Shown: positions 37,935 through 48,900 of the stretch, in pieces
Position numbering within the stretch: the first letter of the stretch is position 1
How the letters are laid out: every line of letters starts with the position of its first letter
Assembly (NCBI GenBank): GCA_964426545.1
Contig: CAYRQP010000007.1
Coordinates: 36,534-100,533 of the forward strand
Length of the DNA stretch: 64,000 nucleotides
Direction of reading: 5' to 3'
Origin: an uncultured bacterium
GTDB taxonomy: Bacteria; Fermentibacterota; Fermentibacteria; Fermentibacterales; JCC-6
Made by a program: the position numbers and the translations under genes
Notes under the pieces: model-generated
Databases searched by the model: none
What the model saw: only the letters and a program-made list of their open reading frames with translations
Told to the model about the DNA's origin: nothing

Positions 37935-40744
37935 TATATATTGTCTTTTAGGAATTTGCCGGTGAATGAATCCTTATTATTGGCAATGTCTTCAGGTGTT
38001 CCTGTTGCTATTACTTCGCCGCCTTCATCTCCGCCAAGGGGTCCAAGATCAATTATCCATCCTGCATTCTTGATGATGTCCAGATTGTGTTCGATGATAA
38101 CAACAGTGTTTCCTGCCCTGACCAGCCTGCCTAATACGTGAAGCAGTTTCTTTACATCGTGGAAATGCAGCCCTGTAGTTGGCTCGTCAAGCAGATAAAG
38201 AGTATGAGTTGACTGCGGTTTTGAGAGTTCCTTTGCAAGTTTTATCCTTTGAGCTTCCCCGCCTGACAGGGTTGTTGCAGATTGCCCGAGTTTTATATAT
38301 CCCAGTCCGACATCTTTCATTACCGACAGTATCCTGTAAACAGCCGGTATGCGTTCGAAGTGTTTGAGTGCCTGCATGACAGAGAGATCAAGCACTTCTG
38401 CTATATTGAGTCCGTTGAATGTTACTTTGAGAGTTTCGGTATTGAATCTCTTTCCCTGGCAGACTTCGCACTCGATGAATACATCAGCAAGAAAATGCAT
38501 CTCTATTCTCTTGGACCCGGCACCGCTGCATTCTTCACACCTTCCGCCTTTAATGTTAAAACTAAACCTGCCCGGCTTGTATCCCCTTATTCGGGAAAGC
38601 TGGACTTCAGCAAAGAGATTTCTAATATGATCGAAGACTTTAGTGTATGTTGCGGGATTGGAACGGGGAGTCCTCCCTATGGGGTCTTGTGAAATATTTA
38701 TAATTTTATTGATATCTCCGTCACCCTTCAGATGTTTGTATGGACCCGCGCGGAGTTTCATGCTGCCGCCTATTTTTGCAGCCAGAGCCGGATAAAGGGT
38801 CTGGGTAATCAGCGAACTCTTTCCGGAACCGGAAACACCGGTTATGCAAACGAATTTCTTCAACGGGATTCGGATAGTAATATCTTTGAGATTATGAAGG
38901 GATGCTCCTTCGAGAACCAGCCACCCGTCAGGTTTTCGCCCGGGTGGGAGTATTCTGTCTATAATTTTTCTTCCTGCCAGATAATCCCCGGTCAGGGATT
39001 CCCTGATTTTCATAATATCTGAAACGCTTCCTGCCGCAGTGATACTGCCCCCGAGTTCACCCGCACCCGGACCAAAATCGATAATGTAATCGGCACTTTG
39101 AATGGTATCCCTGTCGTGTTCTACTACAAGGACGGTGTTACCAAGGTCTCTCAATTGCTTCAGCGTTGAAAGAAGTCTCATGTTGTCTTTCTGGTGGAGT
39201 CCTATTGTAGGCTCATCGAGCACATAGAGTACACCTGTCAATCGGCTTCCAATCTGGCTGGCGAGTCTTATGCGCTGAGATTCTCCTCCGGAAAGAGTGG
39301 GAGCGCTTCTAAGCAGAGTGAGATAGTGCAGTCCTACATCTATCAGAAACTTCAATCTGTCAGTTATCTCGCGGATTAGTTCTTCAGCCAGAATCTTTTT
39401 TGCCGGACTGAGTTTCAGTTTACTGAAGAACGAATGAATCTCACTTATGTTCATTACACTGAGGTCACATATGTTGCTTCTGCTAATAGTTACAGCCCTT
39501 GCTTCCTTTCTCAGCCTCATTCCCCTGCAGGATTTACAGGGCGACTTGCTGAAGAATTTCTCATAGTATTTCCGGGCTTCCTGGCTGTTAGTTGTGGTAT
39601 ATAATCTTTCTATTCGCGGGATTACACCTTCCCATTCGGTTTCCCAGACTCCTTTGGTTTTCTTTCCCTTCCAGACAACTTCTATTCTGCGTCCTGCAGA
39701 GCCGTAAAGAAGGAAATCCTGCTGGGCTTCTGTATAGGATTTCCAGGCAGCACCGAGATTTATGTCAAGTTCCTTTGCCAGGGCTCTTATCATGTTCTTT
39801 GTATGTCCGGATGGAATACCCCATGGAACAACCGCTCCGCTATCGATAGAGAGAGCTGTTCTCGGAACGACTCTGAGCGGGTCCACTTTCATCTCAAAAC
39901 CGAGTCCTGAGCATTCAGGACACATACCGAGCGGATTGTTGAAACTGAACAACTGCGGAGATAATTCAGGAATACTGATACCGCAGTACACACAGGCATT
40001 GTGTTCGCTCATTAGTATCTCTTCGTCTGAATCAGGGCAGATGACGGATAAAATGCCATTTCCTTCTGTAAGAGCGGTTTCAACGGAGTTGAATAACCGT
40101 GCGCTGATGCTATCGGAGACAGCAAGCCTGTCAACCACAAGGAGAATGGTGTGTTTCTTTTTCGAATGCAGGGAAATTCCCGAATCCAGCAGATGTTCCT
40201 TCCCGTCAATCAATACCCGGACATATCCCTTTCTGCGAAGCTCTTTCAGCAAATCGGAAAAACTTCCTTTTCTGTTGCGGGCAAGCGGAGCTGTTATGAG
40301 AATCTTTATGTCTTTGTCCATCGATAGAATAATGTCAGTCATCTGCTGAGCAGACTGCCTTGTAACTTCTCTGTCGCATTCGGGACAGTGCGGGACTCCG
40401 GCTCTTGCGTAAAGCACACGAAGATAATCGGCGATTTCCGTAACTGTACCGACAGTAGAGCGCGGGTTGTGGCTTACAGATTTCTGTTCGATGGAAATAG
40501 CGGGAGAGAGTCCTTCAATACTCTCATACAGTGGTTTCTCCAACTGTCCCAAGAATTGCCGAGCATAGGCAGAAAGAGATTCGACATACCTTCGCTGCCC
40601 TTCAGCATATAAAGTGTCGAATGCGAGGGAGCTTTTTCCCGAACCTGAAACTCCGGTAAGAACAACCAGTTTATTCCTTGGAATCTCAACCGTGATATTC
40701 TTCAGGTTATGTTCCCGCGCTCCCCGGACGATAATACTTTTCAC
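37934..40744 (-). CDS. uvrA: excinuclease ABC subunit A
   Basis: N-terminus IIVRGAREHNLKNI..LTGVSGSGKSSLAFDTLYAEGQRRYVESLSAYARQFLG. Two ABC modules with Walker A GVSGSGKSSL and signature LSGGE; zinc-finger Cys pairs; 936 aa. Confidence 0.9.
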   Translation of the reverse strand: MKSIIVRGAREHNLKNITVEIPRNKLVVLTGVSGSGKSSLAFDTLYAEGQRRYVESLSAYARQFLGQLEKPLYESIEGLSPAISIEQKSVSHNPRSTVGTVTEIADYLRVLYARAGVPHCPECDREVTRQSAQQMTDIILSMDKDIKILITAPLARNRKGSFSDLLKELRRKGYVRVLIDGKEHLLDSGISLHSKKKHTILLVVDRLAVSDSISARLFNSVETALTEGNGILSVICPDSDEEILMSEHNACVYCGISIPELSPQLFSFNNPLGMCPECSGLGFEMKVDPLRVVPRTALSIDSGAVVPWGIPSGHTKNMIRALAKELDINLGAAWKSYTEAQQDFLLYGSAGRRIEVVWKGKKTKGVWETEWEGVIPRIERLYTTTNSQEARKYYEKFFSKSPCKSCRGMRLRKEARAVTISRSNICDLSVMNISEIHSFFSKLKLSPAKKILAEELIREITDRLKFLIDVGLHYLTLLRSAPTLSGGESQRIRLASQIGSRLTGVLYVLDEPTIGLHQKDNMRLLSTLKQLRDLGNTVLVVEHDRDTIQSADYIIDFGPGAGELGGSITAAGSVSDIMKIRESLTGDYLAGRKIIDRILPPGRKPDGWLVLEGASLHNLKDITIRIPLKKFVCITGVSGSGKSSLITQTLYPALAAKIGGSMKLRAGPYKHLKGDGDINKIINISQDPIGRTPRSNPATYTKVFDHIRNLFAEVQLSRIRGYKPGRFSFNIKGGRCEECSGAGSKRIEMHFLADVFIECEVCQGKRFNTETLKVTFNGLNIAEVLDLSVMQALKHFERIPAVYRILSVMKDVGLGYIKLGQSATTLSGGEAQRIKLAKELSKPQSTHTLYLLDEPTTGLHFHDVKKLLHVLGRLVRAGNTVVIIEHNLDIIKNAGWIIDLGPLGGDEGGEVIATGTPEDIANNKDSFTGKFLKDNI

Positions 40745-41006
40745 AACAGTTTCTCCCGACTATAGAGCCGAACAAGTCTCATACAATCGTTTAATATAAG
40801 AGAAAAACAGGCTAATGGAATGTGTCATAATTGCGCCAAATAAGTTGATGTGCTGAAATGTAGAACCAAAGCAATAGGTAAATTAATGTATATCAAGAAG
40901 ATACTGAAATTAGTGGTATTGGCATGTCGATTGCATTCTCAGGAGTGAGTACAAAATTCGGTAATAATAAAATTTCCCTAGTGGAAATATGAAAGAGAGG
41001 AAAATA

Positions 41007-42926
41007 ATGGGTAAAACAATAGGAATCGACCTGGGAACAACAAACTCCTGCGTAGCAGTAATGGAGGGCGGAGAACCTGTAGTAATTCCCAATGCAGAGG
41101 GAGCAAGAACAACTCCGTCAGTTGTTGGATTCAGCAAAGACGGAGAGCGTCTTGTCGGTGTTCTTGCCCGCCGTCAGGCTGTTGCCAATCCGGAAAACAC
41201 GATTTTCTCCATCAAGAGATTCATGGGAAGAAGATTCAGCGAAGCCGGAAATGACATCGAACGCGTGCCGTATAAGGTAATAGAAGGACCCAACGGGGAT
41301 GCTGTTGTCAAGATCAAAGACAAAGAGTACACACCGCCTGAAATATCAGCGATGATACTGCAGAAGATGAAGCAGACCGCAGAGGATTACCTTGGTGAAA
41401 AAGTAGAGAAAGCGGTAATTACAGTACCTGCCTATTTCAATGACAAGCAGAGACAGGCAACAAAGGACAGCGGCAAGATTGCCGGCCTCGAAGTCGAACG
41501 AATAGTTAATGAACCTACTGCAGCAGCACTGGCATACGGTCTCGACAAGGAATCAGAGAATAAAGTTATTGCAGTATTCGACCTCGGCGGCGGGACTTTC
41601 GACATCTCTATTCTCGAAATAGGTGATGGTGTGTTTGAGGTCAAGTCCACTAATGGCGACACACAGCTTGGCGGCGATGACTTCGACCAGAAAATCATAG
41701 ACTGGATGGTAGATGAATTTCTGAAAGAGAAAGGAATAGATCTCTCTCAGGACAAAATGGCTATCCAAAGGCTTAAGGAATCTGCTGAGAAAGCAAAGTG
41801 CGAACTTTCAACAACACAAAGTACCAATATCAACCTTCCGTTTGTGACGCTTGACAATTCCGGACCGCTGCATCTGGACATGACTCTCTCTCGTTCCCAA
41901 CTTGAACAACTGACATCTGACCTGATAGAAAGAACGGCAACCCCCTGCAAGAAGGCTCTTGCCGACGCACAGCTTAAACCTGAAGACATAGATGATGTCA
42001 TACTTGTAGGCGGGCAGACCAGGATGCCGCTTGTCCAGGAAAAAGTGAGTTCCATCTTTAAGAGAGAACCTCATAGAGGCGTTAACCCCGATGAAGTTGT
42101 TGCAATCGGCGCTGCCATTCAGGGCGGAGTCCTTTCCGGTGATGTACACGGAGTGGTTCTTCTCGATGTAACACCGCTTACTCTGGGTATAGAAACTCTT
42201 GGTGGTGTTTCAACACCGCTTATCGAAAGAAATTCGACAATCCCGACAAAGAAGAGTCAGATTTTTAGCACAGCAGCTGACAATCAGCCCGCAGTTGAAA
42301 TCAATGTTCTTCAGGGTGAGCGCAAAATGGCAGCAGACAACAAAACACTCGGAAGATTCAATCTCGATGGAATCCCCCCCGCTCCAAGGGGACTACCGCA
42401 GATAGAAGTTACATTCGATATAGATGCCAACGGAATTGTGCATGTTTCCGCAAAGGATAAGGCAACCGGCAAAGAACAGTCCATCAGAATTGAAGCATCG
42501 AGCGGCATCAGTGAAGAGGACATTGAAAAGATGGTGCAGGAGGCAGAAGCCAACGCTGAAGCGGATGAGAAGAAGAAAGAAACTGTGGAGAGACGTAACA
42601 CTGCGGATAGTATGGTTTTCCAAATAGAGAAGCAGTTGGAGGAGTACGGTGAAAAAATAGACCCGAGCCAGAGAGCAAAACTCGAAGAAGCTGTGAAAAA
42701 TATGAAAACAGCACTTGAAAGCAACGATGACGATGAAATCAAAGCCAAATTTGAATATCTTGACACAACCTGGAAAGAAGTAGGTGAAGAATTCTATAAA
42801 CAGGCTCAACAGGCAGATGCGGAAACAGCAGAAGCAACACCTTCCGAAGAAACAGATCAGGCATCGGAAGCCGCTTCTGACGATGACGATACAGTCGATG
42901 CAGACTTCGAAGTAGTGGATGACTAA
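41007..42926 (+). CDS. dnaK: molecular chaperone DnaK (Hsp70)
   Basis: [34 protein letters not shown] and a C-terminal acidic tail. Start chosen at the ATG after an AGAGAGG RBS. Confidence 0.95.
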   Translation: MGKTIGIDLGTTNSCVAVMEGGEPVVIPNAEGARTTPSVVGFSKDGERLVGVLARRQAVANPENTIFSIKRFMGRRFSEAGNDIERVPYKVIEGPNGDAVVKIKDKEYTPPEISAMILQKMKQTAEDYLGEKVEKAVITVPAYFNDKQRQATKDSGKIAGLEVERIVNEPTAAALAYGLDKESENKVIAVFDLGGGTFDISILEIGDGVFEVKSTNGDTQLGGDDFDQKIIDWMVDEFLKEKGIDLSQDKMAIQRLKESAEKAKCELSTTQSTNINLPFVTLDNSGPLHLDMTLSRSQLEQLTSDLIERTATPCKKALADAQLKPEDIDDVILVGGQTRMPLVQEKVSSIFKREPHRGVNPDEVVAIGAAIQGGVLSGDVHGVVLLDVTPLTLGIETLGGVSTPLIERNSTIPTKKSQIFSTAADNQPAVEINVLQGERKMAADNKTLGRFNLDGIPPAPRGLPQIEVTFDIDANGIVHVSAKDKATGKEQSIRIEASSGISEEDIEKMVQEAEANAEADEKKKETVERRNTADSMVFQIEKQLEEYGEKIDPSQRAKLEEAVKNMKTALESNDDDEIKAKFEYLDTTWKEVGEEFYKQAQQADAETAEATPSEETDQASEAASDDDDTVDADFEVVDD

Positions 42927-43651
42927 TGTCAGATCCAAGGCGGAAAAACAAAAAGAACCCCGAAGATGAAACCCTGGAAGAAGGTCATCCCAAAGACCGC
43001 AGAATTCCCGCGAAGGCGGATGAGCAGGAAATTGAACTGATCGAAAATCCCGTATTCGATGATTATGTCATCGAGACAGTTCCAATGGATTCTGATGCAG
43101 ACGGAGAAGAGGATACCGAAGAAGTCGAAACAGTCGAAGAAGAACTTCCGGAGCCGACCCCTGAAGAAAAAAAGGCAGATGAAGTAATAGCAGAACTGCA
43201 CGACAGAAACATGAGGCTTCAGGCAGAATTCGACAATTTCAGGAAAAGGCAGGCACGGGAATTCAGCCGTCTTTGTAATCAGGGTAAGAAAGAACTGATG
43301 TCGAACCTTCTCGATGTACTGGATAATTTCGACCGGGCTTATAAGCATAAGGAAGACGACGAACACAAAATCGATGATATAGCCGAAGGTATGTTCCGGA
43401 CAATTGATCAACTAAAGGGAGTCATGGAGAGGGAAGGACTACAAATCCTCGAAATCAAGGAGAAAGAACCCTTCGACCCGGAAATCCACGATGCTCTGTA
43501 TGCTGAAGAAATAGAAGGTCTGGAAGAGGAAATCGTGTTGGAAGTTCTGCAGAACGGTTATATACTGAATGAAGAATTGCTTCGTCCGGCCAGGGTCAGG
43601 GTCGGTAAGGTGCCCGAAGTACAGAACGACGGAGAGGACACTCCTGAATAG
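42926..43651 (+). CDS. grpE: nucleotide exchange factor GrpE
   Basis: [16 protein letters not shown] and the C-terminal GrpE fold region. TAATG overlap with dnaK. Confidence 0.85.
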   Translation: MSDPRRKNKKNPEDETLEEGHPKDRRIPAKADEQEIELIENPVFDDYVIETVPMDSDADGEEDTEEVETVEEELPEPTPEEKKADEVIAELHDRNMRLQAEFDNFRKRQAREFSRLCNQGKKELMSNLLDVLDNFDRAYKHKEDDEHKIDDIAEGMFRTIDQLKGVMEREGLQILEIKEKEPFDPEIHDALYAEEIEGLEEEIVLEVLQNGYILNEELLRPARVRVGKVPEVQNDGEDTPE

Positions 43652-44670
43652 TGGAAAAGGACTTCTATAAGATTCTTGGAGTTGATGAAAAAGTAACTCA
43701 GAAGGAACTGAAACGAAGTTACAGGAAACTTGCAAAAAAATACCACCCTGATGCAAATCCCGGGGACGCAAAAGCTGAAGAAAAATTCAAGGAAATATCG
43801 GAAGCCTATGACATTCTAAGCGACCCACAGAAGCGGGAACAGTATGATGCTGTCAGGCGCGGTGGGGGAGATTTCTTCTCAGGCGGCATGCCGGGTGGAG
43901 CAGGAGGCGGCGGTTTCTCGGGGTCAGGACTCGATGACATCCTCCATTCCATGTTTGGCGGTAACTTCGATTTTGGCTCGGGGGGCAGAGGTTTTTCTCC
44001 CGATAGGCAGAAGCCTCCGGAAACACCGCAGACGACACTCCGAATATCATTCAAGACGGCAGTATCAGGTGGAAAAGTCAAAGCAGATATTCAGGTTCCT
44101 GCTCCGTGCTCGGACTGCATGGGAGCCGGCGGTTCCGGTAAGGAAACCTGCAATCAGTGTAATGGCGCAGGGAGAATACAGCAGGGGCAGATGGTCTTTG
44201 CCTGTCCATCATGTGGCGGCAAGGGAAGCAGAATTACAAATATCTGTACAGCATGTACCGGCACAGGTGAAGTTAGACGGAAAGAAGCAGTTGAAATCGC
44301 AATCCCTGCCGGTTCCGATGATGACACTGTATTGAGACTGCGAACCCCTTCTGGAACGACAGTCCTCGTAAAACTGAAAGTATCACCTGATAAGTTCTTC
44401 CGGAGAGAAGGAAGAAACATACACTGCACCGTAAAGATTTCAGCAACACAGGCAGTATTGGGAACGACTCTCAAAATAAGAACGCTCGATGGCAAAATAA
44501 AACTGAAGATTCACCCCGGCACGCAACCCGGAACCGTCCTTCGCATTCCCGGGAAAGGTGTTCTGCACCGCGGTACACGCGGAGATCAACTCGTGCATGT
44601 TGAAGTTATAATACCGAGTGATATATCAGATGATGAGAAGAAACTATGGGAGCAACTGAAGGAGGTCTGA
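43651..44670 (+). CDS. dnaJ: molecular chaperone DnaJ
   Basis: J-domain DFYKILGV...HPD, a G/F-rich linker and four CxxCxGxG zinc-finger repeats. GTG start. Confidence 0.9.
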   Translation: MEKDFYKILGVDEKVTQKELKRSYRKLAKKYHPDANPGDAKAEEKFKEISEAYDILSDPQKREQYDAVRRGGGDFFSGGMPGGAGGGGFSGSGLDDILHSMFGGNFDFGSGGRGFSPDRQKPPETPQTTLRISFKTAVSGGKVKADIQVPAPCSDCMGAGGSGKETCNQCNGAGRIQQGQMVFACPSCGGKGSRITNICTACTGTGEVRRKEAVEIAIPAGSDDDTVLRLRTPSGTTVLVKLKVSPDKFFRREGRNIHCTVKISATQAVLGTTLKIRTLDGKIKLKIHPGTQPGTVLRIPGKGVLHRGTRGDQLVHVEVIIPSDISDDEKKLWEQLKEV

Positions 44671-44671
44671 A

Positions 44672-44848
44672 TTGAATTACAGTCACGTGGCGATTTTAGT
44701 TACCGGATTCGTACTCAGCGTTACCGGATTTGTGCTGCTCGGCAAGAAACTGCATCCCGTAATCACCGGATTGATATTTCTGTCAGGAATAATAGGGGTT
44801 GCTCTTGGAGTTCTTTTAATTTGTGTCACCGATTTCTTTTCGGGTTAA
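44672..44848 (+). CDS. small (58 aa) two-helix membrane protein, below ORF-track cutoff
   Basis: TTG (or in-frame GTG at 44687) start 6 nt after a GGAGG that overlaps the dnaJ stop. Translation (L/M)NYSHVAILVTGFVLSVTGFVLLGKKLHPVITGLIFLSGIIGVALGVLLICVTDFFSG shows two hydrophobic helices. Confidence 0.3.
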   Translation: MNYSHVAILVTGFVLSVTGFVLLGKKLHPVITGLIFLSGIIGVALGVLLICVTDFFSG

Positions 44849-44855
44849 GACAGAC

Positions 44856-46280
44856 CTATTTCTTTTTGCGTGCTGCACGGTAGCCCCTGATGTCATTCAG
44901 CAGTCCCCGAAACCCCTTCAGCACGAAATGCCTGAAAAGCAAGGCAGGTATACGCGTAAGCGGTTTCCGCATAAGGTAGTTTCTGCCGATGGTTCCCTGT
45001 GCCAAGTCTCTTAAGCGAAAAAGTTCTTCATCAGACATATCAGTCAGATTTATGAGTAGTTCGTCTGCTGCATTCATGCTTTCGAGAAAAATCTCCACAT
45101 CTTCGATGCGCTTCTCTTCTACTGCCTGATTGAATATTTCGACTCCGGGATAAGGTGTAACAAAGAGCATTGGTGCGGTTATATCGGCTTTACGGCAGAA
45201 CTCGACAGTATTTTCTACAGACTTTCGGGTCTCTCCGAACATACCGATCATGAAACTTCCTTCAGGATGAATACCCACTGAACGGGTAAGCTGCATTGCC
45301 CTTAAACACTCTTCAGCTGTAACACCGCGTTTCATTCGTTTAAGCATCTCATCATCACCGGATTCAATCCCGTAAGAAATCCAGTCGCATCCTGCATCTT
45401 TCATCGTTTCAAGCATCTCTTTGTCCACGGTATTGACGCGTCCCAGACACGACCAGTTAATTCCGGGAACTCTTTCCTTAAGCAAACGGCATACCTCCAT
45501 CACAAATTCCCTGTTGCTTGTGAAAAGGTCATCCGGAAAACCGGTGTATTCAATATGGTATCTGTTCACAAGAATCTCTATTTCAGCGACAATGGACTCC
45601 GGTGAACGCCTTCGCAGGGTTCTCCCATAGATGCGGTAGCAGTAAACACAGTTAAAAGGGCATCCCCTGCTTGCAACAACTTCAAGATGCCGTACGGACT
45701 TCTGCCTGTGATCGTAACTGGCGATGTAGTTCTCCACCGGAAACAAATCCCACGCAGGCATCGGAATCGAATCGAGGTCAGATATCAATTTCCGAGGGGG
45801 AGATGTCCGAAAAACACCTTCTTCATTCAGAAATGCCAGTCCCTGAACGGACTTCCAGTCTCCGCCGGACTGCAAAGCAGCACAAAGTTCCAATGTCGTA
45901 TTTTCACCTTCGCCGAGAACTACAGCATCGAGCAGACAGTTCTTCAGGTACAGTTCAGGAACAGTAGTAGCCCCGCTGTTCCCGGCAATCATGAATACAT
46001 CCGGCAACGCGGAGCGAAGTCCGGTTGCAATATCTTTAACAATTCTGTAGCGCGTTACCATTCCGCCAAAACCGGCAATATCCGGTTTTATATCGACTAT
46101 CTGTTCAACAGCATCCCGAACAGAAAGATCATTCCCTTCCATATCGACAATATGAATATCGTGTCCGGCATCACGAAGAACCGAAGCTATATAAGCGAGT
46201 CCAAACGGAAAATACCGGGACCGCTTCCCGGTGCCATAAAACGGATAAACAAGAACGATTTTCAAGTAATCACTCTCCAA
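44856..46280 (-). CDS. B12-binding domain-containing radical SAM protein
   Basis: N-terminal cobalamin-binding-like Rossmann region (IVLVYPFYG...FGLAYIASVLRDAGHDIHIVDM) and radical SAM Cys triad CPFNCVYC. Confidence 0.75.
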   Translation of the reverse strand: MESDYLKIVLVYPFYGTGKRSRYFPFGLAYIASVLRDAGHDIHIVDMEGNDLSVRDAVEQIVDIKPDIAGFGGMVTRYRIVKDIATGLRSALPDVFMIAGNSGATTVPELYLKNCLLDAVVLGEGENTTLELCAALQSGGDWKSVQGLAFLNEEGVFRTSPPRKLISDLDSIPMPAWDLFPVENYIASYDHRQKSVRHLEVVASRGCPFNCVYCYRIYGRTLRRRSPESIVAEIEILVNRYHIEYTGFPDDLFTSNREFVMEVCRLLKERVPGINWSCLGRVNTVDKEMLETMKDAGCDWISYGIESGDDEMLKRMKRGVTAEECLRAMQLTRSVGIHPEGSFMIGMFGETRKSVENTVEFCRKADITAPMLFVTPYPGVEIFNQAVEEKRIEDVEIFLESMNAADELLINLTDMSDEELFRLRDLAQGTIGRNYLMRKPLTRIPALLFRHFVLKGFRGLLNDIRGYRAARKKK

Positions 46281-46608
46281 TGCTGATATTCAAGCAGTTT
46301 TACAGTTTTCCTACTATCCCGAAAATACTTCATTGATGGATATTTACCAAAATACTACTTTGCATGTGTGAATTTTGCAGGGCAGCTTCCGGTGTTCTGA
46401 TTCAAGATGGAAAAGTTGATTCAGATATGTATATTCGGATTGTTTCAGCATGAGGATCTTGATATGTCCAATAGTGACACTATAGTATCATGACTACGAA
46501 AACAGAAATTGTGACAAGAAGAAAAGAGAAGCAACTAAGACCCTTACTGATTTGTATGAAACACAAAGAGACAGGTGAATAATGAAATACTGAGACTATG
46601 TTGAGAGG

Positions 46609-47433
46609 ATGCGGCAGTCGAAGAGTACTGCTCCTGTTGAAGACTTTGATGGTCTTTCTGTCGCACAGATGCATTATATGGTCTATGAGCCTTATGGTGC
46701 TTCATGTCCGGTTCAGTTCAAGAAGAACATGAGCGATGAGATGTTGGATGCCATTCCGGTATTCTGCAATGTCAAAGACCTTTTGTGCATAATCAATGAC
46801 GCAGAAGGACTGAAGCAAACGGCAGCAGGTTATATTCCTCCCAAGGTAGTCAGGGAATGGTATGAGAAAAAGAACCTATCGAGTTTTTGGATTGAAAAGG
46901 GCTATGCAAAAACACGAACCGAGAACGACTGGATTGTTATCGCTACGATAAATCTGGTTTTAGAACTGGCAGGGATAATCAGAGTCTATAAAAAGAAACT
47001 GGTTCTGATCAAGAAGTGGCAGAAGGCTGTGGAACAACAGGAATTCTCAGAGCTGTTTCATGTATTTCTGGAGGCTTTTACAAACTGCTTTAACTGGGCG
47101 TATAATGATAGATATTCGAATGAATTCAGCGGTCAATCCGGATTTATGTACCTTCTGTATCTTCTACATAGATACGGTGAACAGACCAGAAACCTGAATT
47201 TTTATACCGACCTGTATTACAAAGCGTTCCCCAATCTCCATTTTGCGGGTATGTATGATTATGATGAAGGATACAAGGTCTGTGAGAATGCAGTGTACCT
47301 TCGGTTTTTTGAGAGGTTTGCGGTTTGGTTCGGCCTTGTTGAAATAGAAGATGACAGACGCACTCGCTATAGAAAAAGCGAGGCAGAAATCACAGCAACG
47401 GATACTTTCAGAAGTCTGTTAAGCAGACTATAG
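46609..47433 (+). CDS. hypothetical protein
   Basis: 274-aa ORF divergent from the radical SAM gene. No recognisable motif. Confidence 0.4.
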   Translation: MRQSKSTAPVEDFDGLSVAQMHYMVYEPYGASCPVQFKKNMSDEMLDAIPVFCNVKDLLCIINDAEGLKQTAAGYIPPKVVREWYEKKNLSSFWIEKGYAKTRTENDWIVIATINLVLELAGIIRVYKKKLVLIKKWQKAVEQQEFSELFHVFLEAFTNCFNWAYNDRYSNEFSGQSGFMYLLYLLHRYGEQTRNLNFYTDLYYKAFPNLHFAGMYDYDEGYKVCENAVYLRFFERFAVWFGLVEIEDDRRTRYRKSEAEITATDTFRSLLSRL

Positions 47434-47645
47434 AACCGGTTAGCTTATCGCCCCTTCCCGGTTAGTGCTATGAATTGGTCTTTGCATGGAAAGCGTTATC
47501 ATTTGAAAAGCAGGATACAGGGATATGCGACTTCCTGATGTAATTGACGAAATAGGTTTATTTTTGTAGATTTGAAATGTGGATTGATTTGGGGCATATT
47601 GCAACCACAGTAAAAAAAGCGCTAAAAAGCCGAAGCTAGCCTCAG

Positions 47646-47670
47646 GCCGCCGGACAGGCGGCATTTTTTT
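47646..47670 (+). terminator. intrinsic-terminator-like hairpin GCCGCC-GGACA-GGCGGC followed by T7, in the metK leader
   Basis: Stem-loop plus U-tract read from the sequence 28 nt upstream of the metK start. It could terminate the upstream gene or act as a leader attenuator. Confidence 0.45.
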
Positions 47671-47697
47671 ATCGGCACAGATAGAAAGGTACTCATC

Positions 47698-48849
47698 ATG
47701 AAAAGAATGTTTACAAGCGAATCCGTGTCCGATGGACATCCGGATAAAATCTGCGACCAGATATCGGATGCTGTACTGGATGCACGATTAGCTATTGATC
47801 CCGATGCACATGTAGCGTGTGAAACTCTCGTAACCACAAACTACTGTCTCCTTGCGGGAGAAGTAAAAGGCAAAGGTACTGTGGATTATGAACAGATCGC
47901 TCGGGAGACAATCAAGTCTATTGGATATGACCTGCCTGATATAGGTTTTCATTACGATGAGAATCAATACCATATCAAAATACACTCCCAGTCCGCAGAT
48001 ATCAACCACGGGGTCATCGATAACGAAGGTGCGGGAGACCAGGGAATCATGTTCGGTTTTGCATGCAGTGAAACTGAAGAACTCATGCCTTACCCGATTC
48101 AGGTTGCTCATCGCCTGCTCGAAGAGCTCAGGTCAGCAAGAAAAAGCGGCAAACTTCCATGGGCACGGCCTGATGCGAAAAGCCAGGTTACTGTCATGTA
48201 TGATGGATTTACTCCGGTTTCAATAGATGAGATACTTATTTCTGTTCATCATGCTCCGGATATGAAAAATGATGATATGAAAGATGAAGTAAAGGAACAC
48301 GTAGTAAAGCCCGTACTCGAACTTTGCCGGCCACAGCTTGAATGGAGTGACCGTTTTCAGTTCAATCCATCGGGGAAATTTGCAATAGGCGGACCCCACG
48401 GTGATGCCGGACTCACAGGAAGAAAAATTATTGTAGATACATATGGGGGTGCAGGTCGTCACGGCGGCGGTGCCTTCTCAGGCAAGGATTCGACAAAGGT
48501 CGATCGGTCCGCGGCATATATGGCGCGTTACATCGCTAAGAACATTGTTGCTGCGGGTATTGCAGCCCGATGCGAAATCCAGTTAGCCTATGCTATCGGA
48601 GACCCGGAGCCTGTCTCTGTGATGATTGAAACATTCGGCACGGGGAAAGTAGATGCCACCCATATTGAAGCAGCAGTCATAAAACTGTTCCCGCTCCGTC
48701 CATATGACATCATAAATTATCTGGGACTGAAAAAGCCTATATTCAGTAAGACATCAGCATTCGGTCATTTCGGCAGGAAACCCGAAAACGGCACATTCGG
48801 ATGGGAAAAAACTGATAAAGCAGAAGAACTTCAATCTGAATTGCTCTAA
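47698..48849 (+). CDS. metK: S-adenosylmethionine synthetase
   Basis: FTSESVSDGHPDKICDQISDAVLDA, GAGDQGIMFGFA and the C-terminal GGGAFSGKDSTKVDRSAAY signature. Confidence 0.9.
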   Translation: MKRMFTSESVSDGHPDKICDQISDAVLDARLAIDPDAHVACETLVTTNYCLLAGEVKGKGTVDYEQIARETIKSIGYDLPDIGFHYDENQYHIKIHSQSADINHGVIDNEGAGDQGIMFGFACSETEELMPYPIQVAHRLLEELRSARKSGKLPWARPDAKSQVTVMYDGFTPVSIDEILISVHHAPDMKNDDMKDEVKEHVVKPVLELCRPQLEWSDRFQFNPSGKFAIGGPHGDAGLTGRKIIVDTYGGAGRHGGGAFSGKDSTKVDRSAAYMARYIAKNIVAAGIAARCEIQLAYAIGDPEPVSVMIETFGTGKVDATHIEAAVIKLFPLRPYDIINYLGLKKPIFSKTSAFGHFGRKPENGTFGWEKTDKAEELQSELL

Positions 48850-48900
48850 GTCGACTGAACTGACTGTAGAAGTAAAGTTCTATCTCAGAGGAAAAACAGA

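Noticed and set aside
39762-40349. 195-aa plus-strand ORF and other antisense ORFs inside uvrA (38282-38692, 38732-39022)
   Set aside because: They lie antisense to a full-length, motif-rich uvrA, and their translations are low-complexity.
40745-40988. CIRCE/HrcA operator upstream of dnaK
   Set aside because: I looked for TTAGCACTC-N9-GAGTGCTAA and did not find it or a close variant. Heat-shock control here is presumably not HrcA/CIRCE-type.
42393-42938. 181-aa minus-strand ORF and 42311-42766 ORF overlapping the dnaK 3' end
   Set aside because: They lie antisense to dnaK. The Cys/Phe-rich nonsense composition mirrors the acidic/K-rich DnaK C-terminus.
47560-47697. SAM-I riboswitch in metK leader
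   Set aside because: Apart from a GCAACC box, the conserved SAM-I helices and the GGUGGAGGGA-like segment are not recognisable. Only the terminator hairpin is reported.
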